A DNA stretch of 64,000 nt, taken from assembly GCF_000143415.4 (NCBI RefSeq), contig NW_003314300.1, forward strand, positions 1,471,014 through 1,535,013. The letters run 5' to 3'. Source of the stretch: Selaginella moellendorffii. Lineage: Eukaryota; Plantae; Lycopodiophyta. Shown here one piece after another: positions 52,995-64,000 of the stretch. Below the pieces are notes generated by a model. It was not told the origin of the DNA. It worked only from the letters and a program-made list of their open reading frames with translations, and ran no database searches. A program made the position numbers and the translations under genes. Each line of letters opens with the position of its first letter. Positions within the stretch are counted from its first letter, which is position 1.

Positions 52995-54191
52995 CCGAAG
53001 AAGAGGGGACGGCCGAGCTTCTGGTCATCCCAGATCAGCTCACCATACCCAGGGAGGTGGCTCAAAAAGCATGGTTTGTGGGAGCTAGCTCAGAGGGCAC
53101 AAGGGTTTTTCGATCGGGAAAAGTGCAAGGCGATGATACCAGGGATCAACACCACCCAGTCACAGAGAATGGGCTCAGCTTAGATCGAGAAGTAGTACTT
53201 CAAAATATCGGGTAGTGGTATCCTACTGCCTACTGATCCAAGGAAAGCCATTCTCCAAAAGGAGTATACTACCAAGGGGAGCGAGTACAGGATGCCGAAG
53301 GCAGGAGTCCAGATGTACAAGCTTAAGGAGGAGCACCGGAGCAGGATAGCAGTACTGATCAACATCCTGGGAGTTCTACATGAGGCAACCAACTGGCCAC
53401 TCGCCTATCACGAGATCGAGAAGGAGAGAGACCACAACATTGCAAAGTTTCTCAGGTACAACATCTTCCAAGAGGTGAAGTGCGTTCAGAAGGCGAAAGG
53501 AACTTAGGTGAAGACGCTTGTATTCCCTCACATACAAGCGATGCTCCAGCCTTGTGAGTTTTACTTGCCAAAGCAAGAGAAGAAGGAGCAACCACCTAGC
53601 AGGAAGAAGGCAAAGAAGAAAACAGCAGAAGAAGTTATCACAATCGCAGGAGAAGACAACTGGAGGAACAACCTCGAAATGAGGATGGTTCGAAGGAAGA
53701 GGTGGCAATGCCACTCACTACACCGAAGAGGACTGCGGAGTAGCTCAGTTCATGCTACTAATCCATCACTGTTCGGCAAAGGAGAAGTCACCCAGCTGCA
53801 GAGGAAGAAGAGTACAACCAAGCTACAATAAAAGGGTTGTGGAGAGGAAGATGAGTGGCAATGACAAGATACTTTATGTGGTTGGTTATGCAAGACTAGG
53901 AGGGCTGGAAAAGAGGAAGCAACCATAGTTGGAGAACAAACAAAGGAGCAGACGTAAGCAAAAGAAAAATACAGAGATCACCACGGAAGAAGCAAACATG
54001 TTAGAGGAAGCTCACAACAGCCGTTGCAAATTCTACTTTGGGATGAGGCTTGGTCACAGGGATACACCGTACCTCCTGTATGGAGCTCATCCCTCATTCG
54101 TCGGATGAGGCTTCTTTCTTGCCTCGGGTGCCGTTCGCATGGGGATGCTTGCGTTCCCTCTCCCACGTCCGTTGACAGAGCGCTCCTCAGA

Positions 54192-55650
54192 ATGAAGATC
54201 TTATCCTGGAATATGCAGCTCTCAACATAAGCTCAATAAACACGTTATTCTCAGCTCGAACCTGAGAGAGATTAGTCTGCAGGGTCATTATTGCGATCTA
54301 GGATCACCATGTGGTTGCATGCAGGAAGATTGCTGATGGCGCCTTCTTCTGGAATCCGGCAGTCTCTTGATTGTTGGGTGTCGGTGGTCTGCAGCGGTCA
54401 GCAGGCATGTGATTCTGGTCCCGGGATGAGCCCAGGCCATAGTTTTGAGGCCTTGAATTCAAGCTCTCTTCCTGACTTCCTGGAGTGGGTGTCTACCGAA
54501 GCCCAGGCATTTCAGTCAGGCCTAGATACAAAACGCATGGTAAGCTGATTGCGGTCTGCAAGGCGTTGGTTTCAGCCTCCCGCTTACTGCAGAAGTATCC
54601 AAATAATCCCTGGCTGTTGACCCAAGTGGAGGCGATTGCTGACCACCTCAACGAATTGGAAGCCTCACGTATGGAGAAACTCAAAGATCAAGCGTGGTAC
54701 ACAAACGATTGTCGACTGCATGCGGAATTCTTTCGTGCTCTGCGCCCCAACGAGGGTGTTGAAGCAGCAAAAGCACAGGCTAGGAGTTATGCACATTTCA
54801 TTCCAGTAGTGGATCTACAAGACAAAAGCAGCAACAAGACGGTACAGGATAGGAAGCAGACACAGGATACAAGCGGAGGAGCATTACTGCGGGCCAAGAA
54901 AGGATCTCCGGCAAGCACCGAGGACCGTCAGATCCAAAGGTCTTAGAGTATAAATAGCAGTAGCAATAGGAGAGACAGGTCGGCAGTCCAAGGAGCTAGA
55001 CCCTTAGAGAGTCGCAAGCCTTGAGCTAGCATCTTTAAGTTGTACTTGTTCATGTACACCTGTGCGTACAGAGAATGAGGAATGCATCCATTCATATCCA
55101 TCTCGAGTACTGGATATTGGAGCGGGTGTAAATTCCGCAGCGGAATCGTCCTACGACCATCTTGCTCACGTTCCTTAGAGACGAATGTCTGATTTCCAGT
55201 GGAAGTAAGGACTAACGCTTGTCCTGTGGCTGAGACCACAGTATTTGTGCTCAAGCAGCGTAGCAGGCTTGATCACTCATCATCATCGACACACCTTATA
55301 GAGGGGTTAATCTCTGCTGGCGACTATGTACCACTTACCATCATCTTTCACTACGATCAGTCCATCACAACTACCGACTTGCAGCCAGCTATAGAGCTCG
55401 CGGGAGTAGTTCGCTCCGGTTGGTGCGCTCACCCTGTTAACTAGCTTGCAGCCAGCCCGGGGGAGTGGTTCTGCAGTCCCCGATGTAACAGAGGGAAGTG
55501 TTCCTATTCTCGGGTTGAAAGATGCTGCGGGTCAACTTGTCACTGATCTGGCTGAGATGCATGATTATTTTCAACATCTCTTTCAAGCGCAGATGCGGGC
55601 TTTGCATTCGATTATAGCGGCTCTCCCACAGTCCCTCCCGGAACAGGTCT
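54192..55650 (+). mobile_element. LINE (L1-like) ORF2 remnant interrupted by a solo LTR
   Basis: MKILSWN endonuclease start at 54192. The linker WYTNDCRLHAEFFRALRPNE-GSVPILGLKDAAGQLVTDLAEMHDYFQHLF becomes contiguous and in frame after removing 54757-55495. Confidence 0.7.
54757..55490. mobile_element. Solo LTR (734 bp)
   Basis: TGTT...AACA termini, perfect GAGGG TSD (54752-54756 and 55491-55495), TATAAATA at ~54950. Confidence 0.85.
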
Positions 55651-56751
55651 AAAAAACACCGGATGGCATCGCTGAGAGGGAGCGTGTTCAAAACGCATGA
55701 TTGAAGACGCATTATAATTTGTTACCACCGATTAAACTCTTAGACTAAACTTCATAATGTGCCTCCAATGAAAAAAGAGCAATATTGTAGTAAAAGTTAG
55801 GGCCAAACGCTTTAGAGCGATTCACGTTGGCGCATTCAGAGGGGTGCCGGTGATTCGAAGAAATGGGAGAGGTAAAGCGAGATCGATGGTAGTCATCTGA
55901 GAAAGTGTTCCATTCTATAGCTTTCTAAGCGCATGCAGTCGGGATTTGGGAAGAATCAATACCAAAAAAGCTTTTTCTGTTCATTCTTCATTTGTCCAAG
56001 TCTACATTGCAACGTCAGAGAACTAGCACAGGAAAACTAATTTTGTGAACCCTGGAGATTCAGTATCAAGTTTGACCTTGGCGTCGGGTGTCTCATCGCC
56101 AAGAACAAACTCTGACAATGTCATCTTGCCCGTTTGTACCAACCTCAATGGGAATGAGGAAAAGGTTACTCATGACCGAGCCAGGAAGGAGGAGCTTCCT
56201 CAGATGCCGATGTTCCAGGACATTAGCACCCGCCCAATCAGTTGGATCTTTCCATCTCGGACAGACATCCCTTTGTATTCCATGACGAGCTCCGAAGCTT
56301 GCACGTCAATCTTCTTGTCGTGAAGAAACGTCTTGTTAATCTCGACCTTCACCCTCGGTGCGTCGCATCCTGGGACTACCAGGGGTAGAATTGTGTCCAG
56401 AAGCTTCTTCCCATGGAGCTACTTGCTTCACGCAAATCTCTGCTGGCTCGCTGTCACCTTTTGCTACCCATAGTTTTTCGAACGCTGTCGGCTCCACAGG
56501 AATGCCAAAAACCCGAACGAGCTGTGGAAATGCATCCACCAGGCTAGAGACAATGTGGTATCTTCCAGAAGCAAGCACTGCTTAATCACTTTGTGCTCGG
56601 GTTCCTCATTTGGAAGCAGCTCATCGACTGCTCGTATGTGAGACCAGCAGGCAAGTCAAGAGCATCCATTTGCAGCGAGAGTTCGATGCTTGCATGAGTC
56701 GTCACCAAAGCGCCATCTTTTTGAGCCAGCGCTAGGTTTTTTTTGAGATAG

Positions 56752-58671
56752 ATGGAGGGTAACGTAATGTTCTGTAAGGTGGAGAGGGAGCCAGGCGCGG
56801 GCTTGGCGCCGACGCCAGAGGCTGTACTTGCTCACCCAGGCGTGGATTCGATTCAGGTGGCGCCCGGCAGCACTTTGGGTGAAGCTGTTGAAAGGATCAA
56901 GCATCGGGCTGGCGAGAGATTCCCTCCAGGCAGTGTCTTCTGGTTTCTCACCGGGAAGAACCACTGGATGAAAATACGGGCTCAGAACGCTCAGCAGGCG
57001 TTGGAGCCTTGTCGCAAGTATTATTTCCGCGTGGCCGCTCCCGAATCTTACAAAAGGCAAAAGACCAGTTGTGGTATTCGCGAGTTTGATCGGCTGCACA
57101 GCATGTTTCCCGTGTTCAAGGGCTTGCTACACTTGGATCACGTTTCCGCCACGGCGTTCCTGCGGTTTACTAACAAGTCCAGCGCTCTGGACGAGCAGTG
57201 CAGGGCCATGGTGTCCGCGATTACACGCATTCACACCTGCAGCGATCAGGGTCAGTTTCAGGAGCTGGTTGGAGACTTCAAGGCTTGCTTTGGTGTGAGG
57301 CTGTTCGATCATAGGGATGAAATCTCTGCTGGGTTTGTATCCTTTTGAATCCTTTTGTACAAAACTCAAAACGTAAAACTCTCTCTCTCTCTCTCTCGCT
57401 CTCTCTGCAGGAAACTGGAGTTCATAACTTCAAACACCAAAGAAAGTTTTCCAGCCGTGGTCCTGCACAGGGACCGCTTTGTTTGTGTGGTTGTCCGACA
57501 TGACCAGCTCCTACAATCTAAGCCCTTTCTCTTTGGCGACGCCAACGATTCTCCCTTACTGGTTTGTGTTCGTGTTCTTCTATAAATCTCACTAATAGAA
57601 TTTCCAGGAGCTTGGCTTCTTATCTTGGCTGGGTAATGTGATGAGCATACGAACCATGTCTTACGAACCCGACCAGCTTATAACCATAGCCACCGGCGGC
57701 AAGCACGATCTACGGCTTCGGGTACTGCACCAGTTTAGTATGTCGAGCGTATCCAATTCGGTCTTTAAAGTGATGGACGAGGCCACAGGCCGGCTTCTCC
57801 TCATGAAAATCGGCCACTCGATGGACACCAAGAAGAAAATCACGCAGCTTTGCCTCCACTCTCGACTTTGGGATCAGGTAATACACATGGAGCTCTTCGT
57901 CTTTATATTCACGACTCTAAACCTTTCAGCTAGAGAATGACGCAAGGATTCTCCAGCGCCTCAACGAGCATAGCGACTTGTTCCCTCGCGTCGTTTTCTC
58001 TGGCTTTTGGAACCAAATGCCTGTTCTGCTGACGGAGCTGGACGGAGAGTCGTTTGCAGTCACTTACACAACGCGTCCGCTGGAAGCGCGAGTTGTAGAG
58101 CGGCTGTGCAAGGATTTGACAGAGTCCGTCCTCGTCCTCCATGTAAGCTTGCCATGCCATCTGTGCCGAGAGCTGATCGCTGGTGCTTTTGCAGAGCCAA
58201 GGCATTGCTCACGCTGATATAAACCCCTCGAACATCGGTGTCCAGCACACACGAGAAGGTGGCACTCGTTTCTACTTGTATGATTTTGGCTGTGCCGTGG
58301 ATTTGAAGCAGCAAGAGCGGCAGGAAACAGCAGTCAATTTGCTCTACAGTTCTTGGGAGGTGCTCGAGGGAAGAATGCCGGGCCTCATGTCGGAGCTCGT
58401 GTCGGTTGCCTACGTGTGTTTGGACATGGCCGGCGAGTGTTTGCCTTGGGAAGGGGCCGCCCTGAGAGGAGACGTCCAGGCGTGTCGGGAATTGCGCCAA
58501 GGTTTTAGAGTTGATGATGAACTTGCCAGCTCCGGCATTGTGAGCCCAGCGCTGCAGGCTTGGCTCGTGTTTGTGGTTTCTCATCCCAGCGATGAGGCTG
58601 TGGACTTCGACTTTGTTGAAGTGCTACGGATGGCCTCCTCCCTTTTAGGACTTGATTTAGATCAGAGCTGA
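56752..58671 (+). CDS. Atypical protein kinase with uncharacterised N-terminal half (5 exons, 563 aa)
   Basis: Exons 56752-57332, 57411-57561, 57608-57877, 57930-58142 and 58195-58671 splice (GT-AG) into one open frame. Kinase motifs LLMK, PVLLTE, IAHADINPSNI, LYDFG, SELVSVAY, LPW. Confidence 0.8.
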
Positions 58672-58869
58672 GGGTAAAGGCACTGTAAACACAAGTACAG
58701 CAAACCAATCTCTGTATTTACCTATACATAAGTGTTGGTGCTGAAACAGATGGTATCACTCTAAACTATGTTTACATTTGGAAATGTAAACATAGTTAAG
58801 AGTTCCTAGAAAAACTTGGATGATATATAAGGAGTAATTCAGCTTTCTTTTATTTAGTTTTGTTTATAG

Positions 58870-59015
58870 TCCGAGAGCAATATGCCAGAGAACAAGGTTC
58901 TTCCTTTTTGTTACTTGAATCTGGTCTGGCTAAGACCGAGTTTGAGAAATTAGCTTGGGATCTGGCCAAGGAGCATAACCTGCATCTGGTGGTGCTGTGC
59001 CCTACGCTTGTAACC
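58870..59015 (+). pseudogene. Cinnamoyl-CoA reductase/DFR-like NAD-dependent reductase fragment
   Basis: GLAKTEFEKLAWDLAKEHNLHLVVLCPTLV resembles the CCR/DFR segment SKTLAEKAAWxFAKExxLDLVVxNPxLV; no other exons are seen. Confidence 0.65.
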
Positions 59016-59099
59016 ATCACTGAATAAGTCATTTAAGCTTTTTGAATCTAAGTCATTTCCTCTATGACTTAGATCGATATGATTGAAGATGCGTATGAT

Positions 59100-60616
59100 C
59101 CTGTGGGACAATGAGTCGGCTCCTCCGTAGAAGTTAAAGTATAATAATGGATGCCACTTTACCTTAGAGTCCACTGCCGCGCGGCTTGCTCTTTTTAAAC
59201 ACACCGCGAGGGCTGTCTTCGTATTTTTTCGCGAGATTTCAAAGTTTCTGGTGCGTTATCTCGAAGTTTTTGGTGCTTATGGCGATGGGAAAGTTCCTCC
59301 AGATCTTCTCGTTAGCTTTCATCTTCCACTCTGTATCGTTCGCACTCGCAGTAGCAGCGGCGTTTCGAATCACTCACGTAAGCTGCAACTCTGGAGAGTT
59401 TATACCAAGAATTCTCTAAGATCACTTGCAAATGTTGCTATGTTCTTGGATGGATATAGGCCACTGCTCAAAGAGTTAGCGGAAATGCCCAGACTTTCAC
59501 CTGTGAGTTTCACAGGGCCACGACTCTTGGAGCCGCCTCCGCGATTTTTCTCGCGGGCGGGCAGCTCTTTTTACTTCTTTCCACCAAATGTAGGTGCTGC
59601 CCGTGCCCTCCCAAGGCAAAGGCAAAGGTTGCAAACATTTGCACTATCATCCTTTGTATCTTCTCATGGTAAAAAGTGTTCTTCGTTTATGATCTCGAGC
59701 TCACCTAAAAGCGTTGTTTTCTCACTGCCAGGACGATGTTTCTCGTCGCGGAGATCTTCATTCTTGTGGGTTCTTCGCGAGCAACTTTATCGATGAAAAA
59801 AGTGAAACGCACTTCATTCCACGACTGTAAGGCTGCCCGGCAAGAGATATTTGGGATCGGTGCGGCTTTCGCTTTTCTCACCGCGATAGCTTCCATGGCT
59901 TACTATGTCTGCTACAACAAGGCGGCGCAGAGGATTCTCCATGCTGCTGGCCCAGTGTAGCCAAATTGTCATGCCTCAGAGATTTCGATAATAATAATAA
60001 TAATACATTGTTTTAGATGACTTTTTAAATTAATATCTGATTCTGTGCAATAGCAATGAAATGTTGCGAGAAGGAAGACCGACGACTGCTGCAGGAGCAA
60101 AGCAAATGCAAGCAGCAGCGATCTAGGACATGGCGGCCCATCTTTCACAAAAATGAGAGTGGTCTTGCCTAGGAAAAAGAGAAACATGGTATCGGTTGAT
60201 CTGTAGAAAGTTTTGTTCATTACTTCTTAAAGCTTTAGATTCTAAATAACTTTGCGACCATTTTCGTGGATGGATGGGTCTTTTGAAACAGCTTAGTATA
60301 TTTCATGCTCATTGTTTTCGTATGATATCGATATCGGAACACCATTTGTTTCCACGTTCATATCTAGAAAAGTATATATCATCGCCAACTTTTGTTTGTG
60401 AGAGCAATGCTCAAGTTTGGAAGAAACTAGTATTATTTATTATTTGTCTTCGGATTTGAAACGGGAATTTAGTTTGTTTTGGTAAGGTTTAGGGTTCTTC
60501 GTGATGGGGAAGAGGACGTCGTCGGCGTCGACGAGCGGCGCCGGCGCCGTGAAGAAGCTTAAGCTTCAGGGCCAGGATTTGGAGGTTTCCAATGTGGAGC
60601 TCATGGGATTGCTGCG
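59100..60616 (+). repeat. Duplicated block, copy 2
   Basis: See 51588-52994. Confidence 0.9.
59279..59960 (+). CDS. DUF1218 family membrane protein, paralogue 3 (3 exons)
   Basis: Close copy of paralogue 2; spliced frame open from MAMGKFLQIFSLAF to ILHAAGPV*. Confidence 0.8.
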
Positions 60617-63600
60617 GCTGTCCAGCACCCCAAATTCCAGGTCTCTCTGCGTGCTCTCGATTTTCTTCGTGTTCTTGCTCATGATCGTGTCTCCTTTGCA
60701 GCAAGCTTGATCAGGCATTCCAGTTCGTGGAATCCCAGAAGAAGGGATCGCTCTCGAGAGGAGTGCCGATGCCGCAGTTTGTGTCGTTCCTGGCGGGATG
60801 GATTCAATCAGAGATTATTTCCAGTGCGAAGCCAGGATCCAAGGACAAAGGGGGAAATGTGACTACCGACGCTCGTTCCTGGGCTATCTTGCACTGGTGC
60901 TTGTCGAGCCAGGGAAACCTTCACGTCTATCCAGGTATTCTCAAGGGAATAGATTTAGTTCTCACAACGAAGGGTATGAGGAGAAGAGAGGGAGAACTTG
61001 TGGATAGCAATGAGAGTGAAGAGCTCGAGGTGGTGGTCGTTTCGGTGATCGAGATTTTGAAGCTCTTGCTACACACTTATGACAGGAGCTTCCGGCCACA
61101 GCTTCTAGATTGGACCCTGTTTGCTTCGTCGTTCTTCGAGGCTTTGCTGCGTAGCGAGCTCGAAAGATCTATGCTGGAGACCGGGGCATTGATAGCAGAT
61201 GGATTCGGGAAGTTCCTCACGACTCAGGCGAATCCCAAGGCGGCATTCCAAGCGATAGTCGAGAAGCTCTTGTGTCCGCTGCTTAAGTTGACGGGGGTTT
61301 TGATCTACGAGAGAAAAGGTTGTGACGCGGTGGAGTTGCTACGCACGGCGATAGCCAGAGTTTTGGACTACGGGCTTTTTCACACAGTTCCTATAGAGGG
61401 GTTCCCAGAGGCATCCACTGCTGCTGCTAAGTGGCTCAACGATTCCAGCGCGCAGGAAATGGAAACCACAAGCAGTCACAAGCTTCTGTTCGAGAAACTG
61501 AAAGAGCTGGGACAGGAAAGGTCTTTCACAGCGCTGGCATCGCTCGGGGAATTGTTGAGGCTGTTCGCACCAAGCTTTAAGGGTCACAGGGCATCCATCA
61601 AGTCGGATGTATTCGGGGTACGAGGGGTGGGACAGCAAGATGGATCTGAGGAAAAGGAAAATCAACAGGGTGGTGAAGACGGCGAGTCCAAGAGTGTGCG
61701 TCTCACTGACAACCAGCAGCAGTTTCTAGTCTTTGTAGAGCTTTCGCTGCCTCTGATCCAGCAACTTATCGACGAGAAAGAGGTTTCCGGGAAGACAAGT
61801 TTGGTGACTGCGATAAGTAGCTTGTTTCGCGTTGCGAAGGAACAGGTTGTGTATGTTCCAACGAGAGACACGCCGACAAATGGCCACTTTAAGTTTATCA
61901 AGCAATACTACGGGGTGCTTGTGGATTACGCAAAGTCACTTTCAGCTGTAAACGATAGCGGGATGACGGGATTGATAGCAGCTGGCTACGGGGAAATAGT
62001 TCGTGGCATAGGCGTTGTCTTGGATATAGATCATCGAGCGGCTGAAGGTGGCGTGAAGGACTTCTGGCGCATTCTACTGTCAGCAACGGTTATAGAAACT
62101 AGCGAAGTTGCAGACGTGATCGCGGTTGGATGCCAAATGCTGAGAATTTCGAGTGAGCTTCGAGATCTTGGTGAGTCTTTCGGACAAATTCAAAACTGCT
62201 TCTTAACTAGCTCTTGAATTTCAGGTGCTTTACCGGTGCTCTTTTCTTCCGTGAAATCACTGGGACCAGACGAAGGCTTGCAGTTTCTGTCGCCCTCTTT
62301 GTTCGCGCAGGGTCTTAAAAGCTTCTTTTGCGATCCTTTACTTCTAAATGCACTACGGAAGATGATCGAGAACATGCCCGAAGCTCAAGCTCCTGAAGTC
62401 GTGAACATGGTGTCAAGGGACGCTTTGGAAACGCTTCGAATGATCAACAGTACCGACGTGGTTGTCGAAGCAGTGGTGATGGCCTCAGGGGAACTTCATG
62501 CACAGATTTTGGAAAATCTCAACATTACATCAACAAATGCTTACCAAGTAGGGGTCAACGTGAGGCAGCTTGTCAACTCAGTTGTAGCAGAGCCACTTTT
62601 CGATCTTCTGGTCAAGATCTCGAAAGGAAAGGTGAAGAAACTTGCAGAATGGGCAGGGTTGAAGGCTTTCTTTCTTCTTCGGCTATACTTGATATGCCGG
62701 ATGCTGCACCGACAGTGTATCTCACTTATGGCCCCTCTCAAGGCAGGGAAAGCGGCTGAAGCAGCGCACGAGCTACACTTGGACTCGTTAGAAATCGACT
62801 GGATGGAGATAGCTTTGGAACCGCAGGACTTGTCCACTTTCTCGTGGATTGGACAGGCAACTAGCGTTACCGCTCTTATCAACGGACTTCTTCTAGTGAC
62901 GCGGAAGAAGTCATTTCCATCGTTATACTATTTGATGGATCTCCTTGCAATTCAGCGCCTGAGTGACTTGCAAAGGTATATCCAGTCCGTTGAGTATTTC
63001 GAAGCGAAACTTACCTCCTCTTCTGTTGAAGATCCAGTTTTGCACTCGCTCGACAGTGTGGATTATCAGAACGGAAAGTCATCGTCAGAAGGTGATGTCC
63101 GTCAGTTGCTACTGGATTTCAAGGCCGAAGCGAAAGACTTGGTCGTTTTACTCCTTGATGGTGGCACCTCGTGCTCACTCAAGGAGATTGGTGAGACGGT
63201 GATCACGTCTTGGAATGGAGTTGTGGTGATGCTAACGGAGGAAAGCATGCCTTCGGCAAGATGGCAACTCATTTCTCGTACAATAGACCTTTGGTCAAGA
63301 TATGCTTCCAGGAAATGTCTTACGAGCTGCCTTAGTTACGCCTTGATCACTTGGAGGCCTGAACCTCCAGCATTCGCTCAACGTCCCATTACTCGTGAGC
63401 TTCTTCATAATCTTCTATTTTGTGAGAACCAGGTGATGTTTATCTTCTAGTTTGATGGTTTCTAACGTTTAGACATTTCTTTTTGCAGAGGGTCCAAACT
63501 GCTCTTCTACCAGCTGCTTGGAAGGCTCTACGGAAACTTCTGCATCTGGAAATAGAATTCAAGAAGTTCAAGAAACCTTCTTTTACAGGCTTTGAGTCGT

Positions 63601-64000
63601 CAACCTTGAACATCCAGCTGTTGCCGGACTCAACGTTAGAAACATGCATTGGTCTTTTCCAACTTATTGCTTCCTTTCCTTGGGGACAAAAGAAGGAGCT
63701 GGATACAATGCAGTGCATTTTCTCGGTTTGCTATGTCGAAAGGTACCGCTTTTTTTCTTTGTTTTGCTTATAAGAATCTGTTTTTTTTTTTTCCAGACTC
63801 GCCTTAAGTATGTTGGCTGCAATTATCAAGAACAGATCAGAAATCTCAGGTGTCAAGATATTTGAGCTTTTTGCCGTCTGCAGACAGACAACAAAAGCAT
63901 TCGCGATTACCCGCAGCAAACAGATCGGTAGCGACGTTCCGGGATTCGATATGGACCTTTTCAGCTGGCTATATCGATCCATCAACATGGCCTCAGATTG
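60504..64000 (+). CDS. URB2: URB2/Npa2-like nucleolar pre-rRNA processing protein (5' part, runs off window)
   Basis: Large alpha-helical multi-exon ORF. The N-terminus NVELM..L...SKLDQAFQFV...FVSFLAGWIQSEIISS...DARSWAILHWCL resembles, from memory, the plant URB2 N-terminus. The diagnostic C-terminal Urb2 domain would lie beyond the window. Confidence 0.65.

Noticed and set aside
55860-56700. Additional upstream exons of the atypical kinase
   Set aside because: Frames contain stops and no clean splice path into 56752 was found.

Overview
Eukaryotic plant nuclear DNA with three assembly gaps. Compact genes with ~45-80 nt GT-AG introns, a PLS-type PPR fragment and Tcn1-like chromoviruses suggest a non-seed land plant such as the lycophyte Selaginella (inference). 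Gene islands encode a GH27 glycosidase, a lipoate-protein ligase-like protein, TAD2, a GT31 beta-1,3-galactosyltransferase, TFIIIC subunit 3, mitochondrial EF-Tu, organellar ribosomal S21, an intronless polyamine/APC transporter, three DUF1218 paralogues, an atypical protein kinase and the 5' part of URB2. A ~17 kb nest of LTR retrotransposons (27.5-44.8 kb) can be taken apart layer by layer from its TG..CA termini and target-site duplications. The most unusual observation is a chromodomain-bearing Ty3/gypsy element whose integrase motifs are split by two canonical short spliceosomal-type introns (31369-31415 and 31829-31880). The same element carries a dense hairpin array with two tRNA-like T-loops in its 3' untranslated region. 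A neighbouring Tcn1-like element shows Tf1-type self-priming complementarity and a -1 frameshift signal. A 563-aa spliced gene has a possible Crinkler-like layout (ubiquitin-like domain plus atypical kinase). All calls come from manual reading and translation; no database searches were run.
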